Shown here in pieces: positions 9,369 through 17,714 of a stretch of DNA of 64,000 bases (position 1 is the stretch's first letter; every line of letters starts with the position of its first letter). Both the position numbers and the translations under genes were made by a program. The notes beneath the pieces were generated by a model that saw only the letters and a list, made by a program, of their open reading frames with translations, searched no databases and was not told the origin of the DNA. Location: assembly GCA_035480055.1 (NCBI GenBank), contig DATIIB010000001.1, forward strand, positions 19,849 through 83,848. The letters run 5' to 3'. The DNA is from Candidatus Saccharimonadales bacterium. Its GTDB lineage: Bacteria > Patescibacteriota > Saccharimonadia > Saccharimonadales > DASZAF01.

Positions 9369-10271
9369 TTATGCGCCGATGCGATCTTTACGTTGTTTGC
9401 GTTTGGCGTTGAGTTCAATGTATTCGATAATTTTTTCGCTGACATTGCGGTTGGTGATTTTTTCAATCTCCAAACCTGGCGCCGAGTTGACCTCAAGCAC
9501 AAGCGGCCCTCGGTCTGATCGCAGAATATCCACACCACACACCGGCAGGCCTGTCGCCTTGGCTGCCCGGACCGCAATCTTGCGTTCTTCTTCGGTGAGT
9601 TTGACCGAGACCGCGCTCCCACCAAGGTGAATGTTTGAACGGAATTCACTCTCGAGTCCTTGCCGCTGCATTGAAGCAACAACCTTACTGCCAACCACAA
9701 ATGCCCGAATGTCTGAGCCATTCGATTCCTTGATATATTCTTGCAGAATAAAATTGGCCCGAAGCGCCGCAAAGGCTTGAATGACCGACTGCGCCGCCTT
9801 TTCGGTTTCGGCCAAGACCACCCCTGAACCTTGGCTCCCTTCAACCAGCTTAATGATCAACGGCACGCCGCCCACCAGCTGGATGAGGTCTTTGCTTGCC
9901 TTGGGCTGCCAAGCAAAAACTGTTTTGGGAGTCTCAATTCCTTTGCGCGCCATCAGCTGCATGGTCCGTAGCTTGTCGCTTACGCGGTTAATCGCCAGAG
10001 AGGAAGTCACCGTGTAAACGCCAGCCACCTCGAATTGGCGGACTACTGCCGCTCCGTATGAGGTTGCCGACTGCGTAAAGCGCGGAATGATGGCATCGAA
10101 GCCTTTCAGAATCTCGCCGTTATAATGCACCTTGTGGCCAGAGCCAGCCACTTCGACATAGCATCGCCGGGCTTCGAGCGCGTAGGCCTCATGCCCACGG
10201 GCTTTTGCCACTGCAACCAGGCGCTGGGAAGCGTCGCTATTCGGCCAGTTTGTTAAGACACCTATCTTCAT
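9369..10271 (-). CDS. rimK: RimK family alpha-L-glutamate ligase (ATP-grasp)
   Basis: 300 aa and colinear with RimK: MKIGVL..., DKLRTMQLMARKGI.TP.T, PLIIKL.EGSQG.GV.L, ILQEYI.E..G.DIRAFVVG, SN.H.GG, CGVDILRS..GPLVLEVNS.PGL. Confidence 0.9.
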   Translation of the reverse strand: MKIGVLTNWPNSDASQRLVAVAKARGHEAYALEARRCYVEVAGSGHKVHYNGEILKGFDAIIPRFTQSATSYGAAVVRQFEVAGVYTVTSSLAINRVSDKLRTMQLMARKGIETPKTVFAWQPKASKDLIQLVGGVPLIIKLVEGSQGSGVVLAETEKAAQSVIQAFAALRANFILQEYIKESNGSDIRAFVVGSKVVASMQRQGLESEFRSNIHLGGSAVSVKLTEEERKIAVRAAKATGLPVCGVDILRSDRGPLVLEVNSAPGLEIEKITNRNVSEKIIEYIELNAKRKQRKDRIGA

Positions 10272-10279
10272 ATCTACTC

Positions 10280-11584
10280 CTATTCTAACAGATGTGCCTG
10301 GGCATACGCCACGGCTTCCTGATGCAAGGTTCTATTCGGATCAAAATGGCCGTACAGCAAAGCTGGCCAGGTCATCTCTTTGCGCGATAATGTGGCCATG
10401 ACGCTGATCATACTGGGAAGATAGACTGCGGGTCTTCCAAAGTATATCCCTTGGGTGTTATGGCCCATTCCTCTCAGTAACGACGCCATCATGACTGCGG
10501 TTTGTTGACGGGCAATCAAGGCGTTTTGGTCAGCGTCGGAGCGCTTCGGACTCATACTGAGCCATGCCAAAAAAAGCGACTCCAGATGCGCAGTGGTTAC
10601 TTGCGTATCTTTATAAGCCGCTCCGCCTTGCCCCGCGATGAGCCCAGAAATGTAATATCGGAGCACCAACGCAAACACCCGCCGACTGGCCAACGCTGAG
10701 TTTAAATGAGAGTGTACCATTAGCTCGGCAGTCACCCCCAGCCCTTCTTCGCCTCGCTCAAAAAGATCGAGTCCACTCTGCAAAAGAAGAATCGGGCTCT
10801 TTTCGGCTGTCACTCGCCGAAGGACATGGATGCCAATTTCGTGATGGCACAGCAAGCCTTTCACCCGCAGAGATTTCAGCTTGGCAGAAGCTGGGCCAAG
10901 AATTATCACCAGGCGGCGGTTGTGAGCCACCCGCATCCGAAAGACAGCCGCATCGCGCCACACCACCTTGTACCCAAGCGGTGCGACCAGCTCTCGGCAC
11001 ATCACCACAATCTCCGCCACCGTATGGAGTCCGTGAGGTATAGCACCGTCAAGTCGCGCAACTTCTGGCAGTCGCAGATACTCTTGGCGTAGCTCCTTAA
11101 AAACTTCTTGCGAAGGAAGCCTTTCAACGAGCGGCACAGGATGTGCTAAGCCTACCAAATTAGTAAAATGCTGATGCAGCTCATCGCTCTGCGACGTTTC
11201 TTTTTGCAAACTGTCGGAGCACAGGCGGTCATCAAGATAGCTCACGCAGGTACGCCACAGATCCGCATTGATCGTGCCGTAGAGCTTCTGATTCGCCTGC
11301 CGAAACCGTTCGCCCTCACCCTGTAATGCGGCCTGCAACAGCTCTGTCTTGATGAGCTGCTCGCGAATAACCGCCGCATAAATCTGTTGGAGCAAGCGGT
11401 TATTTTCTTCAGCTGCCAGGCGTTCCTCTAAGGCGTGGAGTTGCGTGGCGACTGTCTCAAGACGCTCCAGAGACCACGAGGTCTGCCGATACCTATCAAC
11501 GCGAGGGAGCAACGCTTGCACAGGCCGCGGACCGTGAATCTGCCGTAGTGCCTCGAACCACTTAGTGTCCAGCGCTGCCATCAT
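10280..11584 (-). CDS. DUF1704 / MATCAP-like ('QEGLA-motif') putative metallocarboxypeptidase, paralog A
   Basis: 434 aa. The segment CHHEIGIHVLR...(27 aa)...EEGLGVTAE matches the HEIGxH...QEGLA signature I recall for the DUF1704 family. Its start overlaps the stop of the upstream ATP-grasp gene by 23 nt. Confidence 0.6.
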   Translation of the reverse strand: MMAALDTKWFEALRQIHGPRPVQALLPRVDRYRQTSWSLERLETVATQLHALEERLAAEENNRLLQQIYAAVIREQLIKTELLQAALQGEGERFRQANQKLYGTINADLWRTCVSYLDDRLCSDSLQKETSQSDELHQHFTNLVGLAHPVPLVERLPSQEVFKELRQEYLRLPEVARLDGAIPHGLHTVAEIVVMCRELVAPLGYKVVWRDAAVFRMRVAHNRRLVIILGPASAKLKSLRVKGLLCHHEIGIHVLRRVTAEKSPILLLQSGLDLFERGEEGLGVTAELMVHSHLNSALASRRVFALVLRYYISGLIAGQGGAAYKDTQVTTAHLESLFLAWLSMSPKRSDADQNALIARQQTAVMMASLLRGMGHNTQGIYFGRPAVYLPSMISVMATLSRKEMTWPALLYGHFDPNRTLHQEAVAYAQAHLLE

Positions 11585-12473
11585 CCACCTTTTGAAGCGA
11601 TTTTAGGTATGCAGCTAGTGCCGCAATCTTTTGGTCCACCTGTGCGCCATTGCTAAGCTGCGGTGTCCGATTTACTTCCAAAATCGCATATGCCCCAGTT
11701 TCTTGGTGAAAGAGCACGTCAACTCCTGCAATATCTCGGCCAAGCAGCTTTGCCGCACGCTCAAGGTCTGGACGTACCGTCGCCAAAGGAGAATCATCCA
11801 GCGAGACCACTGTGCCCATTGCACCCTGGCTGGTGTTATTCAGGTGCGTCTCGTTGTTCATCCGCTGACGATACATCGCCCATCGCGCTTCCCCGCCGAG
11901 CACCAACACCCGGTAATCGCCCTGGTTGGGAATGGCCTCTTGGACGATAAAAAAGCCAGAGGGTTTCTTTTGCAACACTTCCTGCAGCTCAGCTTCGCTC
12001 TGTACCAGATAATTATCGCGCCCTCGGCTGGCTACGTTCCCTTTAACGATAAGTGGAAACTGCAGCGTGCGGTCGGCCAACAAGCGGTCCAGGTGTTGCT
12101 TCTTGCCGTGGAATGTTGCGGGTATGGCAATAGCGTGTTGTGCAAGCAGATACATCTGCTGTAATTTACTAAAGCTCTGCGAAGCAGCAGCCTCGCTATC
12201 GACAAAAGGAACGTCATGCTCCTTGAGATAGAGCGCACAAAGCGCTGCTACACTCCGAGCGCTGCCCGAGAGACTTCGAAAATAGACCGCTTGATATTCT
12301 CGCAAGTCTTTTGTCCCTATCCAGATGCGCCGTTCCTTCATGCTCACAAATGCACTTATATCGTCATAGCAACCGATCTCAATCTCTACTCCCTCGGCAG
12401 CTAGCAAAGAAATAAAGACCGTACTTTCGTCGGGTGTCGCCAGTTGCTTGCGGGTCATAAGAAAAAGAATCAT
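11562..12473 (-). CDS. ATP-grasp ligase, RimK-related, paralog B
   Basis: FPLIVKGNVASRGRDNYLV, FIVQEAIPNQGDYRVLVLGGE, THLNNTSQGAMG and IAGVDVLF....AYAILEVNRTPQL form an ATP-grasp core colinear with RimK. The start codon shares one base with the upstream stop (TAATG) and GGAAGGTGG acts as the SD. Confidence 0.8.
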   Translation of the reverse strand: MILFLMTRKQLATPDESTVFISLLAAEGVEIEIGCYDDISAFVSMKERRIWIGTKDLREYQAVYFRSLSGSARSVAALCALYLKEHDVPFVDSEAAASQSFSKLQQMYLLAQHAIAIPATFHGKKQHLDRLLADRTLQFPLIVKGNVASRGRDNYLVQSEAELQEVLQKKPSGFFIVQEAIPNQGDYRVLVLGGEARWAMYRQRMNNETHLNNTSQGAMGTVVSLDDSPLATVRPDLERAAKLLGRDIAGVDVLFHQETGAYAILEVNRTPQLSNGAQVDQKIAALAAYLKSLQKVDDGSAGH

Positions 12474-13873
12474 TACTTACCACCTTCCATGGAGAATGCT
12501 CCTAAGGCACTTAGGATTGCGAGGTGCCGTGGGTTAGCAATATTGTACTTGGTCTCGTCCATATGATCGAGTAGCCGCGGATCACGTCGCACCGCAGCCC
12601 ACCAAGCAATCTCCCCTTCGGCATATACCATATCTTTACGATAACAGGTGGCGCCCTGGCTGGCCATATCGGCATCCGTTCCCTTCAGGAGACGACGCAA
12701 TAATGCTCGGGTTCTTTTGCGAGCTTGCGTCTCCAATATGGAAAAATCTTTACTGCGCGTGGTATCAGCACTGCGCTGTTGCAGGATTTCGATGTGGTGT
12801 ATCGTGTGATAGATATCATCAAAAGAAGCTTTGCTGCCGTAGGCACCAGTGGCCAGCGACACTACAAAATGACGCTTCAAAATATCCATCTGGCGTCGTA
12901 ACTGAGTAAAGGCTTCGGGCTGATCATAGGGCAACCGCTCGATCGCCACTCCTTTGCCTTCGGTGCCTGGTTCGTAACGATCCAATCCCAGCACAAAAAG
13001 TCCATAGCGGCTGGACTGCGCATTAATGTACTCCAGCATGTGCTTAGCCTCGTGGCCCGTCAGACCTTTAAAGCGCTCCACGCTGTAGGTTGGTTTCGCA
13101 GGTACCTCAAATTCGGCACGAGCATTCACCACCCCCATCGCTGCTGTGTCTGAAGGCACTAGTCGATGTGGGGCATTGATATTTTGGAGCACCTGCCGTA
13201 AAGCTTGCCAGACAAAGTCGCCTGCAACCTTGCCCTCACTCGGCAAATCCACTCCGGCAAAAAGTTGCTCAAAGTAAGGCGCCTGGTGAGCTTGGACCGT
13301 TTGGAAAGTGTCGGCATCGGGAGTAAGTTCCGCAGCAACGTGCGAGGTCTGCAGCTGGTCTAATCGTGAACCCAAGTGTTCAGCCACCGCACGGACTTTC
13401 GGTTCATGATCATCCAGAAACTTCTCCGCAAAGTCAGATATAAAGGCCACGTCGAGCGCAGCAATAGCAGGGTCAACATCGCCATACACAAAATAGTTAT
13501 ATCGCTCAAATCGAACGGCGTCACCAACCAGCGCAGCATTGGCAATCGCCGCATTGCCAAGAAGCTCGTTAATGCGCCATCGCCACGCCCAGGCTAGTAC
13601 TTCATCTGATTCACCTTGAATAATCGCTTCCTTGGCTTGCTGCAAAGAAGCAACCTGATCTGGAAGAGTGTCAGGCAGGCTGGTTGGCCGCAGATTAGGT
13701 CGGTCGATCTCCCCTGCTTCAAACTGGTCAAACGCTTCGTCACTCTCTTCTTTTGGTGGGGTGAGCAATTTATAGCCATTGTCCAGACCTGCCGCAGGAC
13801 GGGCGAGGTCGTACCATGTTTGATCAACAAATGGCTCTCGAAGAATGGCAGCTGTCTCTCCCATAGTAGACAT
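12473..13873 (-). CDS. divergent DUF1704 / MATCAP-like putative metallopeptidase, paralog B
   Basis: 466 aa. LTGHEAKHMLEYIN...(26 aa)...TEGKGVAIE aligns with paralog A's HEIGIH...EEGLGVTAE with a single one-residue gap. Confidence 0.5.
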   Translation of the reverse strand: MSTMGETAAILREPFVDQTWYDLARPAAGLDNGYKLLTPPKEESDEAFDQFEAGEIDRPNLRPTSLPDTLPDQVASLQQAKEAIIQGESDEVLAWAWRWRINELLGNAAIANAALVGDAVRFERYNYFVYGDVDPAIAALDVAFISDFAEKFLDDHEPKVRAVAEHLGSRLDQLQTSHVAAELTPDADTFQTVQAHQAPYFEQLFAGVDLPSEGKVAGDFVWQALRQVLQNINAPHRLVPSDTAAMGVVNARAEFEVPAKPTYSVERFKGLTGHEAKHMLEYINAQSSRYGLFVLGLDRYEPGTEGKGVAIERLPYDQPEAFTQLRRQMDILKRHFVVSLATGAYGSKASFDDIYHTIHHIEILQQRSADTTRSKDFSILETQARKRTRALLRRLLKGTDADMASQGATCYRKDMVYAEGEIAWWAAVRRDPRLLDHMDETKYNIANPRHLAILSALGAFSMEGGK

Positions 13874-13890
13874 ATTTTACAATAATACGG

Positions 13891-14820
13891 TTAACTGGTC
13901 AATTTCAATCTTTCCCTGAGGTATTTCTGTAGCGCTGCTGCTTTTTCGGGCACAGCCGCACCAGAGAGAAGTTGCGGGCTGCTATTTACCTCCAAGATGT
14001 AGTGCTGGCCGGTTGCTCGATCTATTATGACGTCCACCCCTGCAGTATCTCGCTGCAACAAAGTGACCGCCTTTTGCACATCTGCCAAGCAAGCTGCGCT
14101 GAACCTGGTCTGCCAATCAGTAATGAGGGTCCCGGTTGCACCTTGGCTGGTGTTATTCAGGTGCGAATCGTTGCTACCCAAGCGGTGAATCACCACCGCG
14201 ATCTCCCCGCCGAGCACCACAAAGCGATAGTCACCTTCGGCGGGAATATACTGCTGCAGCACAAATTCTTGTCCAGAATCGGTCTCGACGAGATGCCGAG
14301 CGTCGGCCCAAGTTGACACGAGATGATTGTCCCGACCTTTATTCCCGCGCGTATCTTTGACAATGCAAGGAAGCGAGAACTGCCCTTCAGTAGCAGCGTT
14401 GACAAACTCCGCCTGGCCACGCGGCAAAAAAATCGTCAATGGGACAGGAATTTCAGCCAAAGCGAGGTAGGCAGTCTCGGTAAATTTGGACGAGACCACT
14501 TGCTGCTCGCTCGCATCTACCCTGGCAATGTGCGGATACATCGTCTTCAGCAGTACGCTGAGCACCCGCACAATCTCAATCTGCGCAGCGCGATTTTTAA
14601 AATAGACCATTGCAAACCGACCGACATCGAATGGTTGCCCCTGATAGAGCACTTCTATCTTGCCCGGGCGCATCCGAAAGCCCATCTTCTCCATCGCAAA
14701 GCCTTCCACTATACAGTGGTCGTCTACCAAGAGATCGGTCGCCTTGGCAATAAATCGCCCGTAACCTTTCTCAGTCACATCTGATTCCTGACAATAAAAA
14801 ATAGCTACGGTGCGTTCCAT
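13891..14820 (-). CDS. ATP-grasp ligase, RimK-related, paralog C
   Basis: LPCIVKDTRGNKGRDNHLV, FVLQQYIPAEGDYRFVVLGGE, SHLNNTSQGATG and TAGVDVII....QHYILEVNSSPQL. It is the closest paralog of 11562..12473 and shares a near-identical nucleotide stretch (gcacc[ct]tggctggtgttattcaggtgcg). Confidence 0.8.
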   Translation of the reverse strand: MERTVAIFYCQESDVTEKGYGRFIAKATDLLVDDHCIVEGFAMEKMGFRMRPGKIEVLYQGQPFDVGRFAMVYFKNRAAQIEIVRVLSVLLKTMYPHIARVDASEQQVVSSKFTETAYLALAEIPVPLTIFLPRGQAEFVNAATEGQFSLPCIVKDTRGNKGRDNHLVSTWADARHLVETDSGQEFVLQQYIPAEGDYRFVVLGGEIAVVIHRLGSNDSHLNNTSQGATGTLITDWQTRFSAACLADVQKAVTLLQRDTAGVDVIIDRATGQHYILEVNSSPQLLSGAAVPEKAAALQKYLRERLKLTS

Positions 14821-14860
14821 GAATTCCTATTATACCCCCGAGCGAGGTATACTATAAAGA

Positions 14861-16168
14861 ATGAACCATCTGGAGCTCGTTGAGATCCTGCCCACTGGGC
14901 AGAAAGTACTTTTTAGGTATCGTTTTAAAGACGAGATTTTTATCGCGGCTTTAACCTTCTCGAGTGCTGTCTCCCAAACAGACCCTCGGGTTGCCAAACT
15001 GCTACAGTACGCCGGCTTGGTCTCCTGTTATCATCTTTTTGATTTGGCTTACTTTGACGAAATACGCGTGCCTTTTTCGCTGACCGAAGCTGAAGTTCAC
15101 TTCTTTGAAAAACTGTACTTCAATGGTCTGGCCGAGTTCCGTCTGCGAAACAAGGTGGATATCGTCCGGGCAACACACGTTGTTCCGTCGGCGATAGCTC
15201 CCGCGCCAATTGCCACGCCGCTCGTTCCACCTCAGAATATTAGGCCTCTCTTGCTCAACGGTGGTGGCAAGGATGGTGCCGTAGGAGCCGAGATGTTGAC
15301 CAGTTTGGGAATCGACTTTGAATGGTTTACCTATCAGCCGCTCCCCGCCCGCCAGCGCATCATTCAAGCATCGGGAAATTCCGCAGCGACGTGGGTCAAA
15401 AAAACTAATAACCCTGAGGCCAAAAGCTTTCACACCTATCATGGCCACAAACCGCTCAGCGGACAGTTGGCGATCTACGCCATGCTGGCCGCCGTGCTTG
15501 AAGGGCGCAACAGTGTGATTGCGGCCAATGAATTCTCTGCCAACTTTGACAATTTGATCCATGATGGCGTGGTGGTAAATCACCAGTACACCAAATCTTT
15601 TGCATTCGAGCAGGACGTGCATGCGCTCTTTCGGCAGCATGTTGATCCAGAGTTGTACTACTTTAGCATTGGGCGGCCGTTTTATGACCTGCAAATTATC
15701 GATATGTTTACCGAATTTCCCAAATATCATGCTGCGTTCCTGAGTTGCAACCGGAGTATTCGCGATGACGCATGGTGTCTTGACTGTCCAAAGTGTGCGT
15801 TCGTTATTTTGGGAGTCAGCGCCACTGCGCCAGAGGTTGCGAAAACAATTTGGGGAACCCAGAATCCACTTAGTTCGCCCAAGCTCTTCACCCAACTTCT
15901 TGATCTCATCAACGAGACCCCCAAACCGTTCGACTGCGTGGGCACCAAAGACGAGGCAAAGTTAGCACTGTTACAACTCAGCCGTGGAGTGCTCAACGAC
16001 ATCTTTAGCACTGCCCAAAAAACAGCGCTAGCTCCATACCTGACGGATTTGGATTACACCGCACTTCGCAACGAAATATATACGTTAGAAGGCAGAGCGC
16101 ACCTTATCTCGCCCGAATTATGGGAGACGCTCAGCGCGCTCCCATGGGTTCAGAAGGTCGCTCGCTAG
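14861..16168 (+). CDS. hypothetical protein with PP-loop-like NGGGKDG and CxxCPKC motifs (possible adenine-nucleotide alpha-hydrolase-like enzyme)
   Basis: The 435-aa ORF exactly fills the space between the ATP-grasp operon and dnaJ. Motifs are RPLLLNGGGKDGAVGAEML (resembles SGGxDS), AWCLDCPKCAFVILG and PFDCVGTKDE. It is transcribed divergently across a 40-bp spacer. Confidence 0.55.
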   Translation: MNHLELVEILPTGQKVLFRYRFKDEIFIAALTFSSAVSQTDPRVAKLLQYAGLVSCYHLFDLAYFDEIRVPFSLTEAEVHFFEKLYFNGLAEFRLRNKVDIVRATHVVPSAIAPAPIATPLVPPQNIRPLLLNGGGKDGAVGAEMLTSLGIDFEWFTYQPLPARQRIIQASGNSAATWVKKTNNPEAKSFHTYHGHKPLSGQLAIYAMLAAVLEGRNSVIAANEFSANFDNLIHDGVVVNHQYTKSFAFEQDVHALFRQHVDPELYYFSIGRPFYDLQIIDMFTEFPKYHAAFLSCNRSIRDDAWCLDCPKCAFVILGVSATAPEVAKTIWGTQNPLSSPKLFTQLLDLINETPKPFDCVGTKDEAKLALLQLSRGVLNDIFSTAQKTALAPYLTDLDYTALRNEIYTLEGRAHLISPELWETLSALPWVQKVAR

Positions 16169-17284
16169 TTATTCCCAAAAACGCTTCTTGCCACCATCGC
16201 TGGCAAACTCTTGCAGCAGTTCTTTCTGCTTCTTGCTCAGTTTGGTAGGAATGTCCACATGCACAGTTACAATCTGGGCACCGCGACTTTTGCTGTTGAG
16301 ATGTGGTACGCCGTGGCCGCTGAGCTTAAAGTCGGTGCCGCTTTGGGTGCCAGCTGGAATTTTCATGGTGATCGGGCCATCAAGCGTTTCAACCTCGATG
16401 TCTGCCCCGAGCGTCGCTTCTACCATGGCAATGTGCTCGTCACTTAAGATGAGGTCGCCTTCGCGAGTGAACTTTTTGTGTGGCTTTACCCGAATGCCTA
16501 CGTACAGATCACCTTTTTCACCGTGGGCAATGGCTTCGCCTTTGCCGCGCAGGCGAATCACTGCGCCATCATCAATGCCAGCCGGTATTTTGAGGGTTAT
16601 CGTCTGCTCGCGACGTTCCACGCCCTTGCCTTTACACACCGTGCAGGCTTTTTCGGGGACTTTGCCTAATCCTTCGCAAGTCGGACAAATAACCGCTTGC
16701 TGAATCTGACCCAGAATGGTGTTGATTACCCGATTGGTTTGGCCTGAACCTTGGCAGGTTTCGCATGTTTTGAGCTCATAGCCTGGTTCGGCAGTGGTGC
16801 CTTTACAGTGCGAACAAGTATCGTTAATAGTCAGGCTAATTTCTTTCTCTACCCCAAAGACCGATTCCTCAAAGGTCAAGGTAATCCGCGCTTCAACGTC
16901 ATTACCACGAGCTTGCTGGCTACGTCGCCCATCACCGCCCATATTGCCGCCAAAGAAGCTACTAAAGATATCACCCAGCCCCAGGTCGCCAAAGTCAAAA
17001 TGAACGTTTTGGCCTTGTCCGCCAAACCCACCGCCAAATGGATTGCCACCATCACTGGCCGCGCTACTGCCCACGCCGGCGTGACCAAATTGGTCGTACC
17101 GTTGGCGCTTGGAAGGATCTTTGAGCACTTCGTACGCTTCGTTAATCTCTTTGAACTTAGCCTCGTCACCCCCAGCTTTGTCAGGGTGATGTTGCACGGC
17201 CAGCTTTCGAAAAGCTTTTTTAATCTCGTCGGCTGAGGCTGATTTGGAGATTCCTAGTACTTCGTAATAATCGCGTTTAGACAT
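16169..17284 (-). CDS. dnaJ: molecular chaperone DnaJ
   Basis: J domain with DYYEVLGISKSAS...HPDK, a G/F-rich linker and four CxxCxGxG zinc-finger repeats. Confidence 0.96.
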   Translation of the reverse strand: MSKRDYYEVLGISKSASADEIKKAFRKLAVQHHPDKAGGDEAKFKEINEAYEVLKDPSKRQRYDQFGHAGVGSSAASDGGNPFGGGFGGQGQNVHFDFGDLGLGDIFSSFFGGNMGGDGRRSQQARGNDVEARITLTFEESVFGVEKEISLTINDTCSHCKGTTAEPGYELKTCETCQGSGQTNRVINTILGQIQQAVICPTCEGLGKVPEKACTVCKGKGVERREQTITLKIPAGIDDGAVIRLRGKGEAIAHGEKGDLYVGIRVKPHKKFTREGDLILSDEHIAMVEATLGADIEVETLDGPITMKIPAGTQSGTDFKLSGHGVPHLNSKSRGAQIVTVHVDIPTKLSKKQKELLQEFASDGGKKRFWE

Positions 17285-17303
17285 AGTGCTCTTTTATTGT
17301 AAC

Positions 17304-17714
17304 TTATAATTCATCTGACGATTCAGGTGGCGGTGCAGGTGCGCCAGCCATTTGGGCAAGCGCATAAGTAAGCTGGGTCACACGGCCTGTATACGCAATG
17401 TTCGCTTCAAGCGCTGCACTGCGCTGTGGCGATGTATCACGATGGAATGGAGGCACCTCCACAGGTGCGAATGTCACTTCCCCGTCATCATCAGAGTACG
17501 TAAGCTTTCCGCTCACAAGATCAAGACTACGAACTACATCGCCAATTTCCACCTCAACCCGGCAAAGCTCTTTACCAAGATAATGCGCTCGCAAACCATG
17601 CTCCATTGTCCCTAGTGAAGTTTGTACCTCAACCGTACGTTCCACTACATGACCGCCCTTTTGTCGGGGCCAGACCATCATGCCAACGAAGGTACCTACT
17701 TCGGGAAATGCCAC
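17304..17714 (-). CDS. hypothetical protein inserted between dnaK and dnaJ
   Basis: The 136-aa ORF fills the whole 430-nt dnaK-dnaJ gap. Its GTG start sits immediately after the dnaK TAA (TAAGTG). I recognise no motif, and the C-terminus is proline-rich and acidic (APAPPPESSDEL). Confidence 0.45.
   Translation of the reverse strand: MAFPEVGTFVGMMVWPRQKGGHVVERTVEVQTSLGTMEHGLRAHYLGKELCRVEVEIGDVVRSLDLVSGKLTYSDDDGEVTFAPVEVPPFHRDTSPQRSAALEANIAYTGRVTQLTYALAQMAGAPAPPPESSDEL

Noticed and set aside
8885-9844. 319-aa version of the DUF192 ORF from the track
   Set aside because: Its first 160 or so codons overlap the 3' part of rimK in another frame and encode Arg-rich junk. A GTG with a good AAGGAG SD at 9358, or the ATG at 9331, gives a sensible membrane-anchored DUF192 protein.
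15002-15895. 297-aa minus-strand ORF inside 14861-16168
   Set aside because: The plus-strand ORF fills the inter-operon gap exactly and has motif-like conserved segments. The antisense ORF has no SD or motif and looks like a shadow ORF.
16166-16171. Convergent genes (14861-16168 and dnaJ) abutting with zero spacer as a special regulatory feature
   Set aside because: Back-to-back stop codons (TAG/TTA) without a terminator are common in compact genomes. Nothing else in the sequence suggests a function.
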